DNA of 64,000 nt from a virus: the IMG/VR virus record IMGVR_UViG_3300021425_000008, positions 64,001-128,000 of that record; one strand, given 5' to 3'. The notes under the pieces were generated by a model. The model worked only from the letters and a program-made list of their open reading frames with translations. It made no database searches and was not told the origin of the DNA. The translations under genes and the position numbers were made by a program. The first letter of the stretch is position 1, and every line of letters starts with the position of its first letter. Below, one piece after another: positions 6,076 through 18,800 of the stretch.

Positions 6076-6446
6076 TCGAAGGTTATAACCTAACTGTATA
6101 CACTTATCTCGCTCCCAGTAAAGTCTGTGACGGGGTAGGTGTTTTTTCTTTGGTTGATATTCCAAGAGATACTATTATCTTCAAACCAAAGAGGTGTATT
6201 CAGATTACTGATGTGTCTCCTGAGATACAGACCTATCTCAAGAAGATGACTTATTATGATGGTAATGGGTATTGGATTGATGATGATCTACAACGATTAG
6301 GTCAACAGTATTATATCAATCATTCACATCATCCGAATGTAGCTTACGAACGTAGTACAGGACAACTGTATGCGATTCGTGATATAATTAAGGACGAAGA
6401 ACTCACTGATTATTATTTTCCAGGAGAAAGGGATTGGCTTACTTAA
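6072..6446 (+). CDS. SET-domain protein (putative lysine methyltransferase)
   Basis: SET hallmarks: S..DGVGVF...DIP, YINHSHHPN, AIRDIIKDEELTDYY. TTG start overlaps the upstream stop. Confidence 0.8.
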   Translation: MIEGYNLTVYTYLAPSKVCDGVGVFSLVDIPRDTIIFKPKRCIQITDVSPEIQTYLKKMTYYDGNGYWIDDDLQRLGQQYYINHSHHPNVAYERSTGQLYAIRDIIKDEELTDYYFPGERDWLT

Positions 6447-7135
6447 ATCACAGTTTACCTGATTGGTCTTGTTACATTCGTAATGAGTTCCTGTATAACC
6501 ATAAGAAGGGACATGGAGAAGTTACTAAGGCTGATGTCCATAGTGTCGCGAGTATGGAGAAACGTGTCCCTTTGTTTGAGGCGTTTTTGGAGAATGGTGT
6601 CAATTGGACACGGAGACCACTACATGCCTTCTGTTGGGACCCACAGGCCGAGATAGAACCCTTAGAGGACATCATGTACTGGGATTGCTTTAGTCCTTAT
6701 ATTGACGTACAGAGACGACATCGACTTGCTGGTCTTCAGGCACAATTGATTCGACCTGATGATAAGAAAGTATTGGGTGATTATATGTTCACCTTAGATT
6801 GGTCCTGGGAGAATAAAGGTGTACCAGACCTAAACTATTCAGAAACTCCTGAACATAAGTGTGCACACCTGTTTAAGGTTGAAACTGGTAATTATTACGC
6901 CTATCCTAATAATCGGATCATTTGGTACGATAATGCATGGACATTCAAACGTATTGATAAGAATCCTGGTTTTGAGATTGATACCACTGTCTATAGTGTA
7001 GAGAACAAGAGAAAGATGGAAACATCTGATCACTACATGTATGAGGTGACTGATCTAGAAGAACCACAAGATGATTATGATGGTTTGATTGATACTTGGA
7101 AATCACAAGAGTTTAGATACGCTGATCCGCAATAA
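6434..7135 (+). CDS. conserved hypothetical phage protein (233 aa)
   Basis: Long ORF; AGGAG upstream of a TTG start; GNYYAYPNNRIIW motif. Confidence 0.85.
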   Translation: MAYLNHSLPDWSCYIRNEFLYNHKKGHGEVTKADVHSVASMEKRVPLFEAFLENGVNWTRRPLHAFCWDPQAEIEPLEDIMYWDCFSPYIDVQRRHRLAGLQAQLIRPDDKKVLGDYMFTLDWSWENKGVPDLNYSETPEHKCAHLFKVETGNYYAYPNNRIIWYDNAWTFKRIDKNPGFEIDTTVYSVENKRKMETSDHYMYEVTDLEEPQDDYDGLIDTWKSQEFRYADPQ

Positions 7136-7151
7136 ATAATCAAAAAGTGTT

Positions 7152-7307
7152 ATGGACGATAAGAACTTTTTGAGAGAGATTAATCACGATCAGAAAACAC
7201 CAAAGAATCAGAAGAAAGTCCGTCAAGATGGTTTCTATGAAGCGTCTGAAGCGGACTGGAAAGACTTCTGGGAGAATGAAGATAAAACTGAAATTTTAAC
7301 TGAGTAA
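7152..7307 (+). CDS. small hypothetical protein (51 aa, MDDKNFLREINHD...)
   Basis: Manual translation; ATAAATA late-type box at about 7132. Confidence 0.65.
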   Translation: MDDKNFLREINHDQKTPKNQKKVRQDGFYEASEADWKDFWENEDKTEILTE

Positions 7308-7323
7308 TTTGTCGGGATACCCC

Positions 7324-7331
7324 TATAAATA
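7324..7331 (+). promoter_or_regulatory. T4-type late promoter
   Basis: TATAAATA upstream of gp25. Confidence 0.75.
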
Positions 7332-7357
7332 ACCCTAGATTGTTGTAACATAGTTAA

Positions 7358-7759
7358 GTGCCAGTCCAAAGGGTAAGTAAAGGGTTCAAGGACGTTAGTG
7401 CAACGTTCAAGATCAACCCTATGAATTTCGACCTGATTTCAATATCAAATGAGACTGCGATTGCACGTGCAATTCGTAATCTTGTATTTACGGTACCTGG
7501 CGAAAAACCATTTGAACCTAATATCGGTTCTAGGGTCACTGCTCTGTTATTTGAAAATCTGGACGTTCTAACTGCTAGTACAATTCAAAGTGAGATTGAA
7601 TCTACAATCATCAACTATGAACCTAGAGTAGAATTAGTACAGGTTAGAGTAACACCTGATTATGATAACGGAGCATTTGATTGTTACATCAAATATAATA
7701 TTGTTGGAATCGATGTTCCACAACAACAATTATCATTTGTATTACAACCGACTAGGTAA
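7358..7759 (+). CDS. gp25: baseplate wedge subunit gp25
   Basis: AIRNLVFTVPGEKPFEPNIGS and INYEPRV motifs; sits before gp6. Confidence 0.93.
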   Translation: MPVQRVSKGFKDVSATFKINPMNFDLISISNETAIARAIRNLVFTVPGEKPFEPNIGSRVTALLFENLDVLTASTIQSEIESTIINYEPRVELVQVRVTPDYDNGAFDCYIKYNIVGIDVPQQQLSFVLQPTR

Positions 7760-9805
7760 ATGCCTCTAGTTAATTTCGCAAACTTAGATTTTGATCAGAT
7801 CAAGGAATCCATTAAGGATTACCTTCGTACAAACTCAAACTTCACTGACTACGATTTTGAGGGATCGAATCTAAGCACAATTATCGATACGTTAGCATAT
7901 AATACGTACATTACCTCATATAATGCCAATATGGTATCTAATGAGGTATTCATTGATAGCGCCACTCTCAGGGAGAATGTGGTGTCTCTCGCGAGGAATA
8001 TAGGATATGTACCAAGGTCTAGAAAGAGTTCAGTAGCAAATGTATCTTTCGTTGTAAATGCATCTGGTACAACAGCAGTTGCGCTGACACTAAAAGCTGG
8101 TGCTGTATTGACTTCAAGATCAACACAGTCTGATAGAAATAAAAATTATATCTTCTCAATTCCAAATGATATCACCGTTCCTGTAGAATCGGACGGTTTT
8201 GCACGTTTTAATATTGATGTATACGAAGGAACATTCTTAACTCAGACGTTTACTGTCGATACTGGTAACCCTCAACAGAAATTTATCCTTCCAAACTCTG
8301 GTATTGACACCGACACCTTGTCAGTAATCGTCAAAGATACTGAACTTTCGACAGTTTCAAGAAAATTTGAACTTTTTGACAGTCTTTTTAACGTTACTAA
8401 GGATACTAGGTGTTATTTCGTACATGAAATTTCGCAGGAGAGGTATGAATTACTGTTCGGAGATGGAATTTTTGGCGTCAAACTTGATAATAATAACTTT
8501 GTTCAGGCAACATACATTGTTTCCAACGGTTCAGCCGCCAACAATATCAATAATTTCACTTATATCGGCAATATCGTAGATAATAACGGTGCAAGTGTAA
8601 GTCAAGGAGTCTCAGTTGTCTCTACAAACGTTCCTTCTTACGGCGGAAAAGAGATCGAAAGTGTCGAATCGGTCAAAAAATACGCTCCGCAGATCTACGC
8701 ATCACAAAATAGGGCAGTCACAGCAGCAGATTATGAGGCTTTAGTCCCTCAAATCTACCCAGAAGCCGAATCTGTGTCTGCTTTTGGTGGCGAAGACTTG
8801 AATCCACCTGAATTTGGTAAGGTTTTCATCAGTATTAAGCCTTATAACGGCGTATTTTTGTCAACTGCCATCAAACAAAACCTCCAACAACACATTAAAA
8901 AGTACACTGTTGCAGGAATTAGACCCGAAATCATCGATCTTAAGTATCTTTACGTCGAAGCAGACGTTGAAGCGTATTATAATCCAAATAAAGCACCATC
9001 TGGATCGTTTGTTCAGAATGTGGTAACTCAAAATATTGCAAAATATGCAGATTCTTCAGAATTAAACCAATTTGGTGCTCGATTTAAGTATTCAAAGTTC
9101 CAAAAAGTCGTAGATAGCAGTAATGAATCGATGACATCGAACATTACGACCATCAAAATGAGAAGAGATATGCAAGCAAGGCTAAATACCTTTGCTGAAT
9201 ACGAACTTTGCTTCGGAAATCGCTTCCATGTCAAGAATCATGGCCACACTCCAGTCTATGATGGTACTTTACTTGGTTATAATATTAGATCAACTGGATT
9301 TACAGTAAGTGGAATTAGTGGAACTGTATATCTTGGTGATAGACCGACTGGAAACCTTCAAAAAGGAACAGTTTTCCTATTCAAATTAAATTCACCAACT
9401 GAACCAATTATCGTTAAGCAGAATGTTGGTACGATTGATTATATAAAGGGAGAAATAAGATTGAATCCTATTAATATTATTAGTACACAAGTAAATAAGA
9501 ACTCTCCTATTGTCGAAGTATCTGCAAATCCATTCTCAAATGACGTTATTGGTCTCCAAGATCTCTTCCTACAATTGGATGTAAATAATACAACAGTGAG
9601 TGCTGTATCTGACAACATTTCTTCTGGAAATGATGTTTCTGGTACAAATTACATCGTATCATCAAGTTACAGTGTGAATACATTGGTAAGAGGAAATCCA
9701 ATTGTCACCATTGATGTGAATTCAGAGACTGCGTCCGCAACTTCTGCTTCACAAACGGTGACACCTTCAACAACATCTTCTAACACGTTCGGCAGATCCT
9801 ACTAA
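7760..9805 (+). CDS. gp6: baseplate wedge subunit gp6
   Basis: LDFDQIK...FTDYDFEGS, DSATLRENVVSLARNIGY, QNRAVTAADY. Confidence 0.95.
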   Translation: MPLVNFANLDFDQIKESIKDYLRTNSNFTDYDFEGSNLSTIIDTLAYNTYITSYNANMVSNEVFIDSATLRENVVSLARNIGYVPRSRKSSVANVSFVVNASGTTAVALTLKAGAVLTSRSTQSDRNKNYIFSIPNDITVPVESDGFARFNIDVYEGTFLTQTFTVDTGNPQQKFILPNSGIDTDTLSVIVKDTELSTVSRKFELFDSLFNVTKDTRCYFVHEISQERYELLFGDGIFGVKLDNNNFVQATYIVSNGSAANNINNFTYIGNIVDNNGASVSQGVSVVSTNVPSYGGKEIESVESVKKYAPQIYASQNRAVTAADYEALVPQIYPEAESVSAFGGEDLNPPEFGKVFISIKPYNGVFLSTAIKQNLQQHIKKYTVAGIRPEIIDLKYLYVEADVEAYYNPNKAPSGSFVQNVVTQNIAKYADSSELNQFGARFKYSKFQKVVDSSNESMTSNITTIKMRRDMQARLNTFAEYELCFGNRFHVKNHGHTPVYDGTLLGYNIRSTGFTVSGISGTVYLGDRPTGNLQKGTVFLFKLNSPTEPIIVKQNVGTIDYIKGEIRLNPINIISTQVNKNSPIVEVSANPFSNDVIGLQDLFLQLDVNNTTVSAVSDNISSGNDVSGTNYIVSSSYSVNTLVRGNPIVTIDVNSETASATSASQTVTPSTTSSNTFGRSY

Positions 9806-9815
9806 TTAATAAAAA

Positions 9816-12800
9816 ATGGCAGTAGATAGAGTAAAATTCCAGGAAATTGTCACCAGTCAACTTCCAAGATATATTAGAGAAGATTTTCCTCTTCTTTCGG
9901 ATTTTTTAGAGCAATATTATATTTCCCAAGAGTCTCAAAGTGGACCTGCTGATATTATTCAAAACATTGATCAATATGTTAAGGTAGAAGAGTTATTTGA
10001 TATTGTAGATAATACGACTTTATCGTCGAATCTCAGTCTGACGGCGAAAACCATCCCTGTATCGTCAACTATTGGTTTTCCTGAAAATAATGGTATCGTT
10101 CAAATTGATAATGAGGTCATATTTTACTCTGGTGTCACTCCAACCTCATTAACTGGATGTAAAAGGGGATTTAGTGGTATCACAACCTATATCACTACAG
10201 GAAATCCTGATGAATTGACTTTTAGTCAAACTGATTCCGAAACACATAGTTCAGGTGCAGAGGTAAAGAACCTTAATGTGCTGTTTTTGAAGGAATTCTT
10301 CAAAAAACTCAAAAAACAGGTCACACCAGGCTATGACGATAGAAATTTTTACGGAGATTTAAATAAAAAGAATTTTATCTACAATGCTAAGAGTTTTTAC
10401 TCTTCAAAGGGTACCGATCAATCATTTGAAATTTTATTCAGAGCATTGTATGGTGAGGATGTCGAAATCCTGAAGCCATCAGAATTTCTTTTCACACCAT
10501 CTAATGCAAACTATAAAGTTACTAAGGATTATGTTGTTGAAAAACTTCAAGGCGATCCCTTAGACTTAAAAAATCTCACTATCTTCCAAAAGAGGACAGG
10601 GGCAAGGGGTGCAGTCACGAATGTTCAGAGAATTCCCTATGCAGACTACCAATTTTATCAAATCAGCATTGATCAAGGTTTTGATTACACCAGTGACACT
10701 GCTTCAATCTATGGTGAATTCAAACCAAATCCATTAACGAAAATTCTTGAGAGTGTCAGTATTGGTGCATCTATCATCAGTGTTGATTCTACCATAGATT
10801 TCCCTGAGTTTGGAAATTTGGCTATCAAGAACGTTGATGGTCAGGAAATGTCCATTGGATACTCTGGAAAGACTTCAAACCAGTTTTTCAATTGTGATGG
10901 GATCGGTAGAAACATCGATAAGACAGAAGATGTCAAACTTGATGACTATTCTTATGCATATGTTGGAATTAATACCGATACAGAGATTCAGGTACGTTTT
11001 ACATCGACTCTGAAAGACTTTGTTCAAAATGAGAGAACAAATTACTTCAGACCTCTTGATACTATTCAGATTAAATCTCTTGGTTATGAGGCTACAACCA
11101 AAAAGAGTAATAATTGGTTCCTCAACATCAAACCAAAGTATAGAGTTGCTGAAACCACAGTCATTGATCCTCTTGCTTTTATATACCAGTTTAAATTCTA
11201 TGATACTCACTTCTTTAGTGAAGGATATGAGTTAAGGTATGAAAATCCCGATCAAAATATCTCTTTGTTGGGAACAGTCATTAGGGTTATTTCAAAAGAT
11301 ACAGTCAATGTAAGATTTTCCGTACAAGTTCCTCTTACAGGTGAATTTTACGTTGAAAATCAACTTTTGAAGGGATCTTCAACAAGATATCCTTATATCG
11401 AAGAATTTGTTGCAAACGTTCAGAATACGTATGCCAAGTTTGATGGTGAGGTGATGGTTTCATCGAACTCAATTCCAAAATTTGATAATATTTTAACGAA
11501 TACCTACAATTGTAGTGTAACCTTTTCAACATCCCTTCAAAGCACACAGGTTATAACTCTTCCGACCAACCCAACGACTTTACCTGATCATGGGTTCCAT
11601 ACAGGTGACTCTGTTTACTTCCAGTCAGCTGGTCAAGGTTTTGAGGGTGTGTCATCAGGATCTTATTTCGTAAGAAGAATCAATGAGAGTCAGATTAGTC
11701 TCTCAAGAAGTAAGGCAGACTTATTCAAAGGAACATACCTCACTTTCAATGGTAATGTCACAAATGCATCTCTGACATTACTTGAATTCTATAAGAAAAA
11801 TATCGAACCTCAGGGTATTTACAGAGAAATACTTGAACCTACTAATAATAGAATTGATAATCAATTTACAAAATCTGGTACTACTGGTATTTGGAATAAT
11901 GGTGTTGAACTGTTAAATTATAAGTCTACGAATAGTGTCTACTATGGTGACATCATTAGCTTTAATGTTACGAGAGGTGGAGAAAATTATGACATCATTA
12001 CTCCTCCTGTTGTAAAAATAACTGATGAAACAGGTGTTGGTGCAACAGCTATTGCCAACGTAATTGGAAGTCTGGAAAGACTTGACGTTACTGACCCTGG
12101 TTTGGGTTATTATGCACCACCGACCATTACGATTAAGGGTGGTAATGGTGTAGGTGCGGCTGCAAAACCAAGAATGGTTTCTATTGTTCATGAAAATCCA
12201 TTCAATGCAAATTCAAATGAAGTAAATCTTGCCACTGACGAATTATCCTTTAAAACAGATCACAAATTACTAGATGGTGAAAGTGTCATCTATCAACCAA
12301 GAGGTACAAAAGGAATCGCTGGTCTCACAACTGATTCCGAATATTTCGTATTTGTAACTGGTCAAAAAACTCTTAAACTTCATAGAAACAGAGCTGATGC
12401 TATTGTTGGTATCAATACTGTGATTCTAACTCAGTTTGGTGATGGTGTTCAATACATTACCGCATCTAAACTGAAATCCGTTGTCTCCAGTGTCGTAATC
12501 ACTAATCCTGGAACAGGTTATGAAAATAAGAAGAGAACAATCCCATCTGTTGGTGTCAATACCGTTTCAAACAGAGTTGAGATTGTAAATCATGGTTATA
12601 AAGATAGAGAAATTGTAAGATATACAAGAGATGACTCTTTACCAAGAGTTGAGGGACTATCCGAAAATAAAGATTATTATGTCTTGAAAATTAATGATGA
12701 CGAATTTGCTCTCACTGAAGTTGGTACTGATGGTAAACCAGCATCATATTACTTTGACAGAAGAATAACAATTGATTTTACTAATGCAGGTAAAGGTTCT

Positions 12801-15800
12801 TTCAACTATCCACCTATCACCGTTGATGTTGAAGGGGCAGCAGCATCATTTGATAAAACCTTTGTTGAGGATTTCCAAGAACTTTACGTAATTGAATCTC
12901 CAATTACTGAAAATATTATCACACCAGTATCAGTTCTTGCTTGGACAGATACAGAAGCAGAGATTCATAATCCATATTATGTTCTCGTCAGTGAAGGTGC
13001 AAACTGGCTTATCAGTGATGACCCCTTCATTGGTAATATTTTTCTGTATGAAGCAAAATTACAACCAATATTCAGAGGTTCTATTCAAACCATCGATACG
13101 GTAAACGGTGGTGTTGGATACGGTGCATCAACAATTATTGACTTTAACAGACAACCAGAAGTCACTTTCCAATCAGGCGAAGGAGCACTATTGACTCCTA
13201 TCATCAACAACGGTCAGATATCAGAAGTTGTTGTTCTCTCTCCTGGTAATGGATATAATTCTCCACCAGATTTAGTTGTCAGAAGTTTAGATGGTAAGGG
13301 TGATTTTGCAATTCTTGTTCCAGTAATCTCAAATGGCCAAATTGATAGTGTAATCGTTCAAAAAGGTGGAGCTGGATATACAGCAGGTAAAACATCTGTT
13401 GATGTAATTGCAGCAGGTCAGGGTGCAAGAGTTCAAACCATGATCAGGGGTTGGAACATTAACCTGTTTGAGAAGAACTTTAACAATATCTTGGACGATG
13501 ATTGTGTATTGACGGAGAATATCGCTAATACATCTTTACAATTTGCATCCTTCTTTGCCCAGAGACCCCTTAGAGCAGCTTCTAATTCAATTAATGGATT
13601 TGAAGAGGATAATATCAAGTATGGTCTTTTTGATCTTCAATTGACCACAGGTGGTGAGGAAACATCCAGTGGATTCCACTCTCCTATTTTTGGATGGGCA
13701 TATGATGGAAATCCAATTTATGGTCCATATGCATACGATAAGATTAATGGATCTGGTAGCATTCGTCGAATGCAGAGTGGATATAAGTTGAAGAATACAC
13801 CAGTCAACAGACCATCATACACAGCATTCCGTAATGGATTCTTCGTTGATGACTACGAATTTGTTGGAGATGGTGATCTTGATGAATACAACGGTAGATT
13901 CTGTGTCACACCTGATTATCCAAATGGTGTGTATGCTTACTTCTGTACTATCAGTAATGATATTGAATCTTCTGGTCCTTTCAATAAATATAGACTTCCA
14001 CAGTTCCCATATGTTATTGGTGACAAGTTCAAGTCTTTACCGAATGCATTCAACTTCAGATCATCGTCCAATCAAACTGAATATGACATCACCAAAAATA
14101 ACTGGTTGAGAAATACCAGATACTATTTTACTAATGGTGGAAATAATGGATACGATTATATCTTTAATTCGGATCTGATAAGAAATTCATCTGTAGATAT
14201 CACTGCAACCACTAGTGGTGGTATTGATATTGTTGATATCAAAGATCCAGGTGAAAATTATAAAGTAAATGATAAAGTCATCTTTGATTCATCTCAAACT
14301 GATGGAAGAGGTGTAAATTGGAGAGTTGCTGAAATTAAGGGTAAAGATGTCACTCAGGTAAGTCTTGCAAAAACAGTATTTGAAGATTCTGAATTTGTAG
14401 GTGATGCATCTAGAAATGCTTTCACTGGAATCACTTCAGTACCTCATGATTTCTTGACGAATGATATTGTCTTTGTTGATGGTCTGTCAGAATTCTATAG
14501 GGGATTTACTGGACCATTCAGAGCGGGTGTTTCAAGTGAAAGATGGTATACATCAGTTGGTATTAAGACTGGAACAGTCACTGGTATCGTAACGTTTGTT
14601 TATCTCAGCGGTATTATTGATGAAGCTATTATTAGACCGAATGACATTCTAAGAATTGATCGTGAACAATTCAAAGTATTAAATCTTGATGTTGCATCAG
14701 GAAGAGTGAGAGTTGAGAGAGGTTATAACAGCTCACCACAAACTACTCACACAGCTGGTACTCTTGTGAGAGATGATCCCAGAAAGATTAGATTTAGTGC
14801 TCCAGGTATCTCTACATTCAAACCTTTAAATTTAAACAAGACTCATTACTTCATGCCTAATGAGTCTGTTGGTCTTGGAACTGCTACTGCAGGTACTGCA
14901 ACGACAATTACATTCTCAAATCCTGGTGTTGGTATCACACAGTTGAGACTTCAACAACAACAATTCTATTATCCAGATCACGGACTTGAATTAAATACTC
15001 CACTCAAATATTATAAGGGTGGTGGTACTTCCTTAGCAGTTTGGAGTGGTATTCAATCTTCCTCGATATTCAATCTTGATGAGACAAGAGATTTGTTTGC
15101 TGTACCTATTACTCAAGATATTATTGGTCTGGCATCGGATAGAGTTGCCTTGAGTACGGTAACCAATCAATATGTTGGTGTCGATAGTACTAAAGGTGGA
15201 TTATTATACTATACCAATTCTACCAATCTTGGACAGACACATAGTCTTGTTACTGTTCTTCCAACAGTTCTCACGGGTAGAATCTCTCAAAATGTAGTGA
15301 CAGTTTCTACTGGTGAAACTCATGGTATGAAGAGGGGTGATAGGATTTTGGTTGATGTAAATCCAACGACAACCACAACAGTTAAGGTTCTTTATGATGA
15401 TTACAATAGAAGAATAGTATTTGATAGAGATACCATTGAACCATCTGGTATCAACACAAGTAATAATTCGTTTACTGTTCCAATTAACAAGTATAGAACT
15501 GGTGATAAAGTCATTTACACTTCTGGAGATCCATCAGAGGGTCTGAATGCAAATGAAATGTATTATGTTTATGTCTACAAGGATGACGTAATCAAACTTA
15601 CAGATGAAGTTTATCAATTGTTCTCAGAAAACCCAACTTTTGTCAATGTTGGTTCTGCAACAACTGGAAGTATTGCAAGAATTAATCCAAGAATCGAAGT
15701 TCAGAAGAATCAGGATTTGAAGTTTGATTTATCCGATCCCTCATTGTCATTTGTTGATAAGACAATCACATATTCTGCATTTGAGATGCATCTTTATAGT

Positions 15801-18800
15801 GACTCTCAGAAGATTAATGAATTCTTCACAACAAAAACAAATTCAAAATTTGAAGTTACAACTTCAGGACAAATTGGTATCGATAGTACGGCAAACCTCA
15901 CTTTAAGTATAAGTAACGAACTTCCTGAGAGTCTGTATTATGGTTTTGAACCAGATAACCTAGACATCATACCACCAGTCAAGTTGAGAATATTTGAAGA
16001 TGACCAAGTATTCAAACATAACACTATTGGTGTCGTACCAAATAAGTTTGATGGTGTTTATAGTGTTGTGGGGGTAACTTCAGATACCTTTGATTATAAT
16101 ATCCCTTATGATAGTGATACTGTTACTTCTTATGGTTCAACCAATTCAACGGTTAAGTATAACACCACTTCACCAACTGCATTTGGACCTATTAATAGAG
16201 TAACTGCAGTCAATGAAGGAATTGGTTACAAAACTCTGCCTGGATTTACATCTGTAAGAAGTGCAAAAGGAACTGGTGCATTATTAGAGCCAAGAAGTAC
16301 AACAATTGGTTCGGTTCTCAAACAGAAGATAAACTATATTGGATTTGGTTTCCCATCCGACAATACTCTGAACATTGTTGCAAATCTTCCACAGGTTCTC
16401 AGAGTAGAACCACTTGGTAAATTCGAACAGATCGGTATTTCTTCGGGTGGTGTTAATTATAGTCAACCTCCACAATTGGTTGTTCTTGACGGTTTAACAG
16501 GATTACAAATTACTGACCTTGATCTGAGATTTGACTTTGATCAGACCTTTGTAGATATTGTTCAGAATACACAATCTCTGAATGATGTTATACCAGAGAT
16601 TATTCCCGTTCAAAACACTAATGGTTTCAGTATTAGTTCAATCACTTACAACAATACCTCAAAAGTTGTACGTTTGACTTTCTCTCATCAATTCAGTGAT
16701 CCTGAAGATTGGCCATTTAAGGTTGGTGAAGAATTCCTCGTAGAAAACGTTGCAATTGGTTTTGGAACTGTAGGTAAAGGTTACAACTCTGAAGATTATG
16801 GATATAAACTCTTCAAGGTGACTTCATTAGATAGTCAACTCGGAGGAAGTGGTGCATTTATTGAATATAGTCTTTCAGACGTTCTTGGTACAGGCGAAGT
16901 TCCTGGAGCAGTTGTAAGTACTGTATCTGGTACTGTAACTCCTAGAGTATACTTCCCGATCTTTGATCCTGTCATTAAAACTTCACCTCTGTTGACTGGA
17001 GAAAGGGTCACAAATGAAGGAAGAACTGGTATTGTTGAAAGATTTGATGAGGTAAGTAGATATCTCTTCGTTTCTGCTGAAGATGACTTTGTGGTTGGAA
17101 CAGATGTGGTCTCTGAAACATCTGGTGTAAGAGCAACAATTTTAGACACAACTGTGTTTGATTCAACGATCAAACTTGGTGTTGGTGCAACATTTATTGA
17201 TGGTTGGCAAACAAACTCTGGTTTCTTGAACGATAATCTTCAGGTGATTCCTAATAATGAATATTATCAAAACTTCTCATACTCTCTTAAATCGAGAGTT
17301 GCTTTAGACACATGGGATGATGCTGTAAGTTCTCTGAACCACACTGCAGGTTTTGAAAAATTTGCTGACTTGGTTATTGATAATAATGCACCTGGTATCG
17401 TAACAGCAGCAGACATTGAGATTTCAACTGTTGTCGATCTCATTGGTGAGGGAATGCTCAACTGTTTCCCTGACTTTGATGGTGCAACTGAAAGAACTTT
17501 GGATATTTCGAATGGAAGAACTATCTCCAATGAGATTGTATTTGAAACAAAAGTTCTTGTTGACTACTTCGAGTCAAGAGGAAATAGAGTTCTTAAAATC
17601 GATGACTTTAGTGATGAGTTTGATAGTGATCCAAGAGATACACCTTTCTCAATCATCAGTTTCTTTGATAACAAGTATGCATGGAATAAGTTCTTTACTC
17701 TTATTCAAGATACTGAAATTAGAAATAGAAAACAGTTTGGTATTGTCACCCTCCTTCAAAATGGTTCAGATGGTTTCTTGAATCAATACGGTACAGTTGA
17801 TACAGGTAAAGCACTTGGTTCATTTGAACATATCAGTATTGGTACAAGTCAGTTTGGTCTCGCATGGTACCCAAATCTCTTCGAATACAACAACTATGAA
17901 GTATCTTACTTCAACTTTGCTGGTGTAGAAAGTCTGACAGGAATTGGATCAACTGCAATCGGTAGTATGGTTTCAATAGCTTCATCTTCTGTCGCTGTTG
18001 GTGTTGGTACTACAACCACATTATTAGAACTTCCAACTGCAACTAGATCTGCAAAAGTTCACATTCAAATGGAAGATGGTAATGACAACTACTTCTATAA
18101 TGAACTGAACGTCCTTCATGATGGTACAAATGTACAACTCCTTCAATATGGCGATATTGATACTACCACCGATCCATCTTCAGGGTTTGGAACTTACACT
18201 GCAAACATAAGTGGTAGTAATATCGAGATTGACATTCATCCTACCGTAGGAACTGCTGTAACGGCAAACATCTTGTCAGTCGAGGTACATGGTACAAACA
18301 CTGGTGTTGACACCACTGGAATGATCGTGACTAACCTTTCATCATACCATACAAGTATCTCTTCATCTGGTACACCTACTGCCAATGAGATTGCATCTTT
18401 CAATAATCCATTTGCTGCAGAGTACTTCATGGTAACTGTCCATGATACTACGAATGATGAGTATGAAATGTTTGAGTGTCATGTCTTGGACTCCACTAGT
18501 AATCAAAATATTACTAAGTACGGTAGAATTGACACTATCTCTGGTGTAGGACTTGGTACCGTTGGTATGACCAAGACTGGAAGTTCGATTAGTTTGAACT
18601 TCACTCCAAATGCAAACATCGCTGTTGATGTGAAGACATTTGGTATTGGTCTAAAGAACTATAACAATATTACGGGTATCACTTCAATCAGTGACCTTCA
18701 AAATAATATTCTCTTCTCTAACCATGGTACTTACACAGGTACCCAGTTCGATACAAGAAGAGCATTTAACCTGAAGCACAATGATCTTCCAATCTTCCAG

